Part shown: one piece after another, positions 40,301 through 52,300 of the stretch
Position numbering within the stretch: the stretch's first letter is position 1
Layout of the letters: the number at the start of each line of letters is the position of its first letter
Assembly (NCBI RefSeq): GCF_030684315.1
Contig: NC_081369.1
Span: 57,516,477-57,580,476 of the forward strand
Length of the DNA stretch: 64,000 nucleotides
DNA from: Stegostoma tigrinum
Lineage: Eukaryota
Direction: 5' to 3'
Made by a program: the position numbers and the translations under genes
Notes under the pieces: generated by a model
The model's input: only the letters and a program-made list of their open reading frames with translations
What the model was told of the DNA's origin: nothing
Database searches by the model: none

Positions 40301-43300
40301 TAGACCCAATTTGTGCCATGACTGTTTCCACCACCCTCAGTATTGTTACTGTGATCCACCCAATCATAGTGGCCCCTTTTCTGTCTGCCCGGCAGCAGAA
40401 ATGGGCTTACATGATTTACTGCATTGCAAACATCCTCCATTTATCATTGAATTATTATTCGCGGGTGAGCATTTGGGAGCACACAGGATTGGCGCCAACA
40501 CACTGTGCCATATGATTCTGTATTCAAGCACTTGGTGTGTGTGTATATGTGTGTGCATGTGTTTTCATGTAAGCATTAATCAGCGAGCATAGAAAAGCCA
40601 GCTTTGATGCCAAAGTTGAAGAGTATCTGATTTAATTAAAAAGAAAAGATGTAAAACTGGCAGAAATACAGAAATTCTTTGTGAAATCTTGGGGGGGAGG
40701 GGGGTTTCGGGGGAGCCACACCCTTGGAAAGAGTACGGATATAATTTCTGGTGATTTTGAAAGCTATAGTGTTCCCTGGGCAATTTTTTGCCAATAAAGA
40801 GAAACTGTATAATACAATTATTAGAAACATCACCACCCTCTGCACTTACATGCTAGGATGAAGCAAAAATCTGCAATATCAGAGAAAATGGGAACTGCAG
40901 ATGCCGAAGAATTTGAGGTAACAATGTGTGGAGCTGGATGAACACAGCAGGCCAAGCAGCAAAGGGTCTAGGCCCGAAACGTCAGCTTTTGTGCTCCTGA
41001 GATGCTGCTTGGCCTGCTGTGTTTATCCAGCTCCACACTTTGTTAATGTGACACTATCACTGCGTAACACTCACAAAGCCAGGTTAGCAGAGGCTTGAAA
41101 TCTCACTCCTGAGACTTGAATGTATGAGAAAGGCCGAAGCTTCATCCTGTACCGAGAGAGTGCTACACTGATGGAGGTGCTGTCTTTCAGCTCACATTTA
41201 ATCCAGGGGCCTTGCCTGTCCTATTACAGAGATGTAAAAGGTTGCTGTCGCAAAGAAAATCATGGCCATTCTTCTCCATTTATCTGGACAGTATTTATCC
41301 ATTGATCGTCACCACTAAAACCAAATAACTGATTTAAGGGCGGCATGGTGGCTCAGTGGTTTGCACTGCTGCCTCACAGCGCCAGAGACCCAGGTTTCAT
41401 TCGACCCTCAGGTGACTGAATGTGTGGAGTTTGCACATTCTCCCTGTGTCTGCGTCGGCTTCCTCTGGGTGCTCTGGTTTCCTCCCGCAGTCCAAAGATG
41501 AGTAGGCTAGTTGGATTGGCTGTGCTAAATTGCCTGTAATGTTCCGGGAAGTGTAGATTAGGTGTGTTAGCCATGGGAAATGCAGGGTTACAGGGGAAAG
41601 GATAGGGGGCTGGGTCTGGGTGGGATGGTCTTCGGGGGGTTGGTTTGGATTTGTTGGGCTAGATGGACTGTTTTCAAACTATAGGGATTCTCTGGTTAAT
41701 CCCTGTTTGTGAGCACTCATGCTTAATTAGACTGTCACATTTCCTGTATTACAACAATGCAGTTTATTGCCTGTAACATTCTGAGGTTGCGAAAGGTTTT
41801 TTTACGTGCAAACATATGTTGTAACCCATAACCCTGAGTGTGTTATGTATACTTGTTGATCCTACCAGTTGGTAACTAAGACCAAGTGTTATCTTCCAAT
41901 AACAAAGAGTTGGAATCTGGGGATTTTTAGATGAACATATACACAGTTGTAACTGAGTCCAAGCATTTTGCATTTTTTCATTCCCATTATAAATGACTAA
42001 GTCGACATTCATGTCAGTAACCATCTGGTGAAAGTTGTGACATTATAATTGCAGATAACAAAGTGTGGAGTTGGTTGAACACAGCAGGCCAAGCAGCATC
42101 TCGGGAGCGCAAAAGCTGGTGTTTTGAGCCTAGACCCTTCATCAGAAAAGGGGGGATGGGGAAAGGATTCTGAAATAAATAGGGAGAGAGGGGGAGGCGG
42201 ACCGAAGATGGATAGAGGAGAAGATAGGTGGAGAGGAGAGTAGAGGTGGGGAGGTAGGGAGGGGATAGGTCAGTCCGGGGAGGATGGACAGGTCAAAAGG
42301 GGGGGGATGAGGTTAGTAGGTATGAAATGAAGGTGCGGCTTGAGGTGGGAGGAGGGGATAGGTGAGAGAAAGAACAGGTTAGGGAGGCAGGGACGAGCTG
42401 GACTGGGTTTGGGATGCAGTCGGGGGAGGGGAGATTTTGAAGCTGGTGAAATCCACATTGCTACCATTGGGCTGCAGGGTTCCCCAACTGGAATATGAGT
42501 TGCTGTTCCTGCAACCTATGGGTGGCATCATTGTGGCACTGCAGGAGGGCCAGTATGGACATGTCGTCTGAGGAATGGGAGGGGGTCTTAAAATGGTTTG
42601 TGACTGGGAGGTGCAGTTGTTTATTGCGAACCGAGCGCAGGTGTTCTGCAAAGCGGTCCCAAAGCCACTGCTTGGTTTCCCCAATGTAAAAAGGATTTTC
42701 ATGTTGATTTGGTAATTGTAATGGAAAAACCTTGACCAGAAGTGTGGGCAGTTGCAAGCTTTTTGACAAACGAAGAGCATGCCCATAGTTGCAACATTTT
42801 CTATGATTCCAGCTGGTGATATCATTGGACAGGTCTGATCCTAGACTGAAATCTGACTTGACAGATTATTGTTTGTGCACTTTTGTTTTAAGGAACTGAT
42901 CCCTTGCTGAAAAACAAGCATGCAGTCCTTCCCCTCTCCCATTTCTGAATAAGGGTCTAGGCCCCAAACATCAGCCTTCCTGCTCCTCTGATGCTTCTTG
43001 GACTGCTATGTTCGTTTAGCTTCACACCGTGTTATCTGAGATTCTCCAGCATCTGCAGTTCCTACTATCTCTGAAACAATTTTAACCTCGCTTTGAAGCC
43101 TCTTCTAAGGACTCTTCCATACCTACACTGGCCCCAAACCCCACCTCTTCCTCTGTTACATTGATGACTGTATCAGCATGGCCTCATGGACCCATGAGGA
43201 TCTTGAACAGTTCATCCACTTCGCCAACACCTTCCACCCCAAACTTAAGTTCACCTGGACCATCTCTAATAACTCTCTCTCCTTCCTGAACCTCTCTGTC

Positions 43301-46300
43301 TCCATCTCCGGCAACCACCTAGAAACCGGTATCCATTTCAAGCCCACCAACTCCCACAGCTACCTAGAAAACACCTCCTCTCACCCACCTTCCTGCAAAA
43401 CTGCCACCCATCTTCCTAATTCCTTTCCCTCCACCGCATCTGATCCCAGGTTGAGACATTCCTCTCCCGTACATCTCAGATGTCCTAATTTTTCAAGGAC
43501 CACAACTTCCCCTACTCAGTGGTCAAGAATGCCCTCGACCATGTCTCCCGCATTTCCCGCAACTCATCCCTCACACCCTCTCCCCGCAATAATAACCAAA
43601 ACAGGTACCTCACACACCACCCCACCAACCTACGGATCCAACGCATCATCCTCTGACATTTCAGCCATCTGCAATCCGACCCTGCCACCAAAGACATTTT
43701 TCCCTCCCCACCCTTATCTGCCTTCTGGAGGGGCCACTGACTGCCTTGTTTGCTCCACACTCCCCTCCAACCCCACCACACCTGGCTCTTTACCCTGCAA
43801 CCGCAGAAAGTGCTACACCTGCCCCGAAACCTCCTCCCTCACCCCCTCCCAAGCCGCAACATGACTTTCCACATTGAGCAGATGCTCACCTGCACATCTA
43901 GTAATGTGGTATATTGTATCCACTGTACCCGTTGTGGCCTCCTCTACATCAGGGAAACCAGCGAAGGCTTGGGGACTGCTTTGCAGAACACCTACTCTCG
44001 GTTCGCAATAAACAACTGCACCTCCCAGTCGCAAACCATTTCAGCCCCCCCTCCCATTCCTTAGATGACATGTCCATCCTGGGCCTCCTGCAGTGCAACA
44101 ATGATGCTACACGAAGGTTGCAGGAACAGCAACTCATATTACGCTTGGGAACCCTGCAGCCAAATGGTATCATTGTGGACTTCACAAGCTTCAAAATCTC
44201 CCCCTCCCCCACTGCATCCCAAAACCAGACCAGCTCATTCCTGCCTCCCTAACCTGTCCTTTCTCTCACCTATCCCCTCTCTTTCCTCAAGCCGCACCTT
44301 CATTTCATACCTACTAACCTCATCCCGCCTCCTTGACCTGTTCTCCCCGGACTGACCTATCTCCTCCCTACCTCCCGGCCTACACTCACCTTCCCTGGCT
44401 CCAGCTGATGCTGCTTTACCTGCTGTGTTCATCCAGCTCGACACCTTGTTATCTAAGAAATATAACAGACTGGGTTTTTAGCAGGAAAACAGAAGTTCAT
44501 TACATAAAATAAGTGAATGTAAATCAGAATAAGCTGTACTATTTCCAGATAAACATGTTCAAGTATTTGTATCTATCTGATAAAACATAATGCCCTGAAT
44601 CCTGACAGTATTCTTTGATAATACTCAAACCAAAGAGAATTTTCTTTCCTGTCACTTCTAAAGGACTTAACTTTGCTTTATTTCAGTTTATTTCAAAATC
44701 TTAAGAATCTGATTGCCTCTCCCTTGAATCACCTTACTACTGAGCTTAGACTTTCTCATCTTGGAATAACGCTTTCATAGACATAGATCAAACAAGCTTT
44801 CTGCTAGTTAAAGATATAAAAATCCAAAATAAATTATATTAGAACATATGTAAATGGCATCACATATTGGACAAAGCCTGTAATTCCATTTTTTTTACCC
44901 CATGCTATCATGTGTGTACATTGGGGTGGCAGTTTAAGTGTTTGTAGGCTGGCTGCCTGGCTGAATCACGTGCATTATTCCCTGATCTAGGTTTGAGCAT
45001 AAGGGGTGGACATGTAGCTAAAGTGTAACCAAAAAAAATCAGATTGTTCAGTAAAAGGAGAGGGAAGTTGAAACAATGGAGGTGTGTTTACACGTTGTTT
45101 CATCTGTTCTTATCAGTGAGAGAGAAAGAAGTCCAAACAATCATAAACAAATTGTTTTGTGACTTCAAAAGTGCTGTATTCTTTCAGGAAATTGTGGCTG
45201 CTGCTTGATGCAGTATTGTAAGCCTAGAAGTTGCTCCTCTTGGTTAATGATTAAATTGCTACAACTCTTGGTTATACTCTTAATCACTGCACTGTACCTC
45301 CCCCTGCCCGATTCCAAGGAATTAAAATGAAAATAGTCAGTCATTTAACTTAGATAATAAAATGTGAGGCTGGATGAACACAACAGGCCCAGCAGCATCT
45401 CAGGAGCACAAAAGCTGACGTTTCGGGCCTAGACCCTTCATCAGAGAGCAGTTAACTTACTTCACCCATCGACAATAACCTAAAACTCTGAGCAGCGCAG
45501 CTACTAAGTATGTCTTTAATTGATTCTCAGCTCTGCTCCATTCTTTACAAATGTTGATTCCTCATACTAGGTATTTGCTTCCTCGTCTTGCAATTTATAT
45601 TAATTTTCCAGATTTTGCCTTTCTCATTCTTTAGTTTTGCAATCCCTTCATGGTCTGACTCCTCCCTATCTCTGAAATTTCCTCCAGCTCCATAATCCTG
45701 CAAGATATTTAGCTTAACCACATTGGGTATCTTCAGAAATAATGGGAACTGCAGATGCTGGAGAATCCGAGATAACAAAGTGTGAAGCTGGATGAGCACA
45801 GCAGGCCAAGCAGCATCTTGTGCTCCTAAGATGCTGCTCGGCCTGCTGTGTTTATCCAGCTTCACACTTTGTTATCTGGGTATCTTCAGCATCCCTGATT
45901 TAAATCGCCATCTGTTGTTGACTATATCTTCAGCAGTCTAGGCTGTCAGCTTCTCTGCATGTCTCAATCTTTTTACCTCCCTTTAAAATATTCCTGAAAA
46001 CCTGTCTCTGACTTCTGATCATCTGCTTTCAAATCTTCTTTTGACGTTGTTGTCTAATTTGATTTTGTAACTCTCTGTAAAGTGCCTTGGTCCATCTTCA
46101 TTTTATTGTCTAAATTCAGGTTGTAATTTTCCATAGCCCATGCAACAATGTTGATAGTTCCTTGAAGGTGGAGTCACAAGTAGGCAGGAGAGTGAAGAAG
46201 GCACATATTGATCAGTGCATTGAGTAGAGGAGTTGGAATGTCATCTTGCGGTTGTACACGACCTTGGTCCGGCTACTTTTGGAACACTGCATTCAGTTCT

Positions 46301-49300
46301 GGTCTCCCTGCTTCAGGAAAAGCATTGTTAAATTTGAAAGGGTGCAGAAAAGAGTTATGAGGTTTTGAACTGCAGGGAGAGGCTGAGGCTATTTTCCCTG
46401 AAGTGCCAAAGGCTGAGGGGTTACTGATTGAGGTTTATAAAATCATGAAGGGCATGGATGGGGGTGATTAGCCAAGGTCTTTTCCCCAGGTTTGGGGAGT
46501 CCAAAACTAGGGGTATAGGTTTGAGATGAGAAGGGAAAGATATAAAAGGGACTGAAGGGGCAACATTTTCATGCTGAGGGTGTGGGTGTATGGAATGAGC
46601 TGCCAGAGAAAGTGGTGGAGGCTGGTATGATTACAACATTTAAAAGGCATCTGGATGGGGATATGAATAGGAAGAGTTCAAAGGAGTATGGGCCAAATGC
46701 TGGCAAATGGGACCAGATTAATTTATGATACCTTATTGGCTTGAATGAATTGGGTCTAAGGTTCTGCTTTATGCTGTACAACTCTATGACCCTCTGTATG
46801 TCTGCTCAAGATCATTTTGAGGAAGATAAGTCCACATTTTCCCACTGGTTTAAATAGCTTGTGACTTCCAAATATGTGGATCAGTCTTGAGACCTATTTT
46901 TCTTGGTTGCTTCACCTCTGCTGATGGCCTCAGTTCATTGCAAAGGCTGAAGGTGTAATTTGACCAGATCTTGGCATAATTTAACCGTGATTTCTTCTGA
47001 CTTCTCCCCTATTGTTTTGGATATGGAGCTGAACATTTAATTAACTTGGTTGACTACTGCACCATTCTATTTGGACGTGTTGGGAGAGTTTTTAATCTTC
47101 AGGATAGAGGACAGGTGGAGCAGTAACAATTGTGATACACTTAAACCAGCTGACAACCCAGTCATGTATAGTTGTAATGGAATTAGTAGAGGGGTCAACC
47201 AATCCACTCTCAGAAGCCAAAATAGCAGCTAAAATCTTTTAAGCAGGCATTATTTTAAGCAAAGTTTTGCCTTTGTCACTGGAAGCAGTCATCCTGACAG
47301 GCACGAAGAAATGAAGAGAACCAATCCCCAAAGAAAAATAGATTTCCAGCACTACCTGTGGGTTGAGGGAGCAAGGAGTGTTTTTTTCTAGTTCAAAACA
47401 GGCTTATTTTCACATGTTCTGATTATACTCATTTGCTTCGATTGTCTCCCCCTCAGTTGATCAACATTTTCACACTCTTTTTTTTTTGGAGACTATGTGG
47501 AAAAATCCGTAATTTCTGACTTCCAACCTGAAAATCACTTATCCCACCTCTCTGCCTTTTCCTCTATGAGGTGGTGAGTAAATGTCAAGATAACTGGGTG
47601 TGTAGTCCATCAAGATGCCATTGATGTTTCTTCAACTTTATCTTAGTTATCCTGTGATATAAGGCATGTGATTTATACATATTAATATCATGTATACTAG
47701 AGTATGGGTTTTGAACTGGTGGCATGTGATTGATTTATTGATTGACTGTCACATGTACCAAAGTACAGTGAAAAGTATTGCTTCAAGCAGTACAGGAAGA
47801 TCACAGCAAGCAAAAGGTGTACAGATCAAAAAGACTGGTTACATTGCAGGTTATATTATTTGAGGCTACAGTCCATTCGACAGTCTGATAACAGCCAGAG
47901 AGAAGCTGTTTCTGAACCTGCTGGTACGTCTGTTCAGGCTTCTGTATCTCTGCCTGATGGAAAAGGTTGTAGGAGATCATTACCAGGGAGCAATGGGTCT
48001 ATGACGATGATGGCCGCCTCTCCCATAGCAGCGAGCCATGTAAATGGAGCCCATGGATGGAAGTTGCCTTCTGTGATGGTCTGGGCTATACATACCACCT
48101 TCTGTGGTTTCTTAAAGTCCTGGGCAAAATTGTTGTTATACCAGGCTGTTATGCGCCGGGACAGTATGCTTTCTATGGTGCATCTTTCGAAGTTGCTGAG
48201 GGAACTTATGGACATACCAAATTTCTTTTGCCACCTGAGGAAGAAGAGGCATTGTTGTACCTTCTTGACTGTTGCATTTACGTGGAAAGTCTAGGACAGG
48301 TCATGGGTTATGGTCATTCTGAGGAACTCGATGCTCTTCACCCTCTCAACCTCAGTTCTGTTGATGTAGATGGGTGAGTGTTCTCCTCCTTTCTTTCTGA
48401 AGTTGGTGAGCAGTTCTTTAATTTTGCCGACGTTGAGACAGATTGTTTTCATTGCACCACGTCACCAAAGCAAGCAATCACTCTCCTGTACTTTGACTCA
48501 TCGTTGTTAGATATCTGTCCCACTACATTGGTGTCATCAACAAACTTGTAGATGATGTTTGTTCAGAATTTGCTAATACAGTCATGGGTGTACAGGGAGT
48601 ACAGTAGGGGTCTCAGGACACATCCTTGGGGGCTCCAGTGTTGAGTGTTATTGTGGAGGGGGTGCAGTTACCTATCCTCACTGATTGCCGTCTGTGGGTC
48701 AGAAAGCTAAAGAGCCAGTTAGAGAGGGCGGAGTTGAGACCAAGGTCATGCGGTTTTGAGATCAGCCTGGAGGGGATAATGGTGTTGAAGGTGGAACTGT
48801 AGTGAATGAGCAGGAGTCTCACATAGATGTCTTTGTTGTCCAGATGTTCCAGGGATGAGTGCAGGGCTAGGGATACGGCATCCTCTGTGGACCTGTTGTG
48901 TTGATAGGCAAACTGCAGGGGATTAGGGCAGGCTTGGAGGCTGGATTTGATGTGGGCCGTGACCAGCCTCTCGAAGCACTTCATCATTATTGAAGTCAGA
49001 GCCTTTGGGCAGCAGTTATTAAAGCACAGTGCATATGTTTTCTTGGGTACGGAGATGATGGTGGTCTTCTTGAAGCAGGTGGGGACTTCAGCTTGTCGGA
49101 GGGGGAGGCTGAAGATGTCAGTGAATACCTCCACCAGTTGGTCCACACAGGACAGGAGTGCTCGGTCGGGGACACTGTCCTGGGCCCTCGTTTTCCTTGG
49201 ATTGACTCCAGGAAGACCAATCTAACATCTGAAGCAGTGACAGAGGGAACAGGTGTGTCAGTGGCTGACAGGCCAGACGTTTCCACACCGGTGGTATTCT

Positions 49301-52300
49301 GCTGGAACCAAGCATAGGAAGCATTGAGCTCATCAGGGACAGAATTGTCTACATCTGCTATCTTACACTGTCTCATTTTGTATCCTGTAATATTGTTTCG
49401 GCCTTGCCGTAGACAGCTGTCTGAGCCTCTAACTTGGCCCAGTACTGCCTCACTGCCTCCCTGACAGCTTTGTGGAGGTCATATCTTGATTTTCTGTATT
49501 GGCCCAGGCCACCTGACTTGAATGCTGCATGCCTGGCCATCAGCAGGAAGAGGATTTCCTGGTTCATCCTAGATTTTTACTCTGTGTGTAAGAGGAGGTT
49601 CACAAATTAACTTGTCAGTGTTTCTGGAACTATAACCTTTTGAACCAGTATATATCTGAATCTGGAGCCCTCCTGGATTGATGGCAAGAGTTTATTTATA
49701 TTGTGAATCTGAGATAACATCTGGGAAAGCAAACATTGAGAGCTCCCCACCACCTCTTTGACCCGAAGAAAGTGGGAGGTGTAAAGGGCCCCTAGCCACA
49801 GGTCTTTTTCTGATACATCAATGCTGCTTCCATCTGTCATCTAGAATTGGTAAAATTTATCAATTTCGCTTCCAATTTCCAGCCTGCTCTCACCTCCACC
49901 TGGCCCATCTCTGATTCCTCCCTTCCCTACTTTGACATCTCTGCTTCAGTTCTGAAAGAAGGTAATTGGACCCAAAACATTAACTCTGCTCTCTCTCCAC
50001 AGATACTGCCAGATCTGCTGAGGTTTTCCAGCAAATTTTGTTTCCGTTTGGGATAGATTCTTGATCTGTTGGGGAATTAAGGGTGATGAGGAAAGGACAG
50101 GGAAGTGGGCACCAGAAATGTTGGATCAACTGTGATGCTGTTGAATGGCAGAGTAGGCTTGATGGGGCCAAGTGGTCTACCCTGTCCCTATTTCAGGTGG
50201 TTTTGCAACTCAATTAAAAAGACTCAATTAGAGGCAGCTTGGATGTATGACTGTGGGCTGTGAGTTATATAAAGAAAATGATTATATGCTGTGTTGTTCT
50301 TCGGCAAGACTCAGCCAGACCTGAGGTACAGTTGTAAGCACCTTGATAAATTCCTAGTCTAAAATAAAGTCGAACATGCCCTGTCTTGTGCTCTGACTAG
50401 AGAAGAATGTCAGAATTATTACTGGAACAGCAGTCTTATTTCTTTGTGATATTTGACAGTTGGAAAGCATTGAATATAACATATTGAAAATGGGAGATTG
50501 TGGGTGATCTCATCAAGATATTACCCATGATAAATATTTACCAGGGTAGAAATGGAGAAATGATTTCATCTCACAGAGGAACAAACAGCAAGAACCCATC
50601 ATCTTAAATTATCATTCAGGAGTGAAATCAGTATCTTATTCTCCATGCAGAGAGTATCAAAGTTTGCAGCCTTGTCCACCAAAAAGACACTGCATCATTT
50701 GACATTTTCAAACTGTGATTGAGAGATTTTCGTTGGTAACTATCATGCAACAGTTGAATGTGACTTAGGTTGAGAGAAACTCTGAGCTAACTGTATGGCA
50801 CCACATCTTTGGTGAGCCTCCTCCAGTTTCAGTTCCCATGTTCCTGATACCTTAAAACCAAGATTCCTAAATGACACACACTGTAATTTTTAAACTAACG
50901 AACGTTAACAAAAACATTCCCTACATTAAAGTAGCAACAGAAGAAAAATGAGTTTTGCTATCTAATAGATAGATACAAACCAGACAGTCTGCATCAAAAC
51001 AGTCAGAACAATTTCCTCGCAGAACAATTTATTATTGCTAGTAAGGAAGATTTGATCTAACTTTGGAAGGATGTGGGAATGAGGGCATTAGATGTTATGA
51101 TTTCATTTCGGCATGGTTGTGTTTTGTAGACACCACTTGAATCTCATTAGTTATAAGGGTTGTGAGTGTATCCCACACTAATGAGCTGCTTTCTTTATGT
51201 AGGCCACAGGAATGCCTATTCCATGCGTTATTGAGTGATAACTTCACTGCTTTCCCCATCGCTCCAACCATTGACAAGGAAATACACGAAAAAACTTCCA
51301 GAGAATTTAAGTTTCTGCATGATTTCTCTTTAAAATGTCTCAAATGGCTTCAGTTTTGTTCTGTCAGTCGTGGAGGCTAGTGTCACTGTGAATCTTGTCT
51401 TTTCAGGTCTTGTCATTTGAATTATTTAAAATAAATTCACGTCACTATTGGCACCCTGGGCATATCATTAGCTGTTTAAACCAAATTGCCAGTGTGACCT
51501 GAGGGACTCATGTTTTTACCACTGAAGATTAACTACTGGAAACATGTGCTTGTGACAGTGAGGTCTTTTGGTCATGTCTGATGACCATTGTCTTTTGGTG
51601 CAACACCAGACTGATTTTTCATCGGCTGATGACCAGAACCCTCTGCTGGATTCAGGTTTGATTTGGTCTACTTCAGTGCATAGACACATATTACATCCCC
51701 ATCGACCATTTTGACATTTTTTCAAGGACTAAATCTGAAATGTTTCAGTTACGCAGTGAGACCTCATCTGGAGTACTGTGTACCTGTACCAGTCTCTGTA
51801 CCTACTGAAAGATGTCAATGTGTTGGAAGCACTTCAGAGATGATTTTGTGGACTAATATTGGGAATGAGCAGGTTACCTTTTGAGATCATAACTGGGAAA
51901 TTGGTTGAGTGGCAGACAACAGAATGTAGGGATATAATGGGTAGATCCTCAAATTGGCAGGATGTGACCAGTGGTATCCCACAAGGATCTGTGTTAGACC
52001 CTGAATTATTCACACTATTTATTAATAACTTTGGATATTGGCATAAAAAAATCATGTATCCAAATTTGCTGAAGGCACAAAGTTCAGCAGCATTGTAGAT
52101 TATGTAGATTATAGAACAGAATGATAAAGGATTATTGAAAGACTAATTGGCAAAACAGATGGAGTAAGCAAATGTGAAGTTATCAAAAGAATAGATCAGG
52201 ATACTTTATAAATCATGTGAAGTTAAATACAATGGATGTCCACAGAGACTTGGAAGTTCAGATGCATCAATGTTTAAAATGTCACAAACAGGTGCAGAAA

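Noticed and set aside
41338-41410. tRNA-like sequences with A and B boxes (also 55771, 60891, 10095)
   Set aside because: They are SINE heads continuing into SINE bodies; no complete cloverleaf
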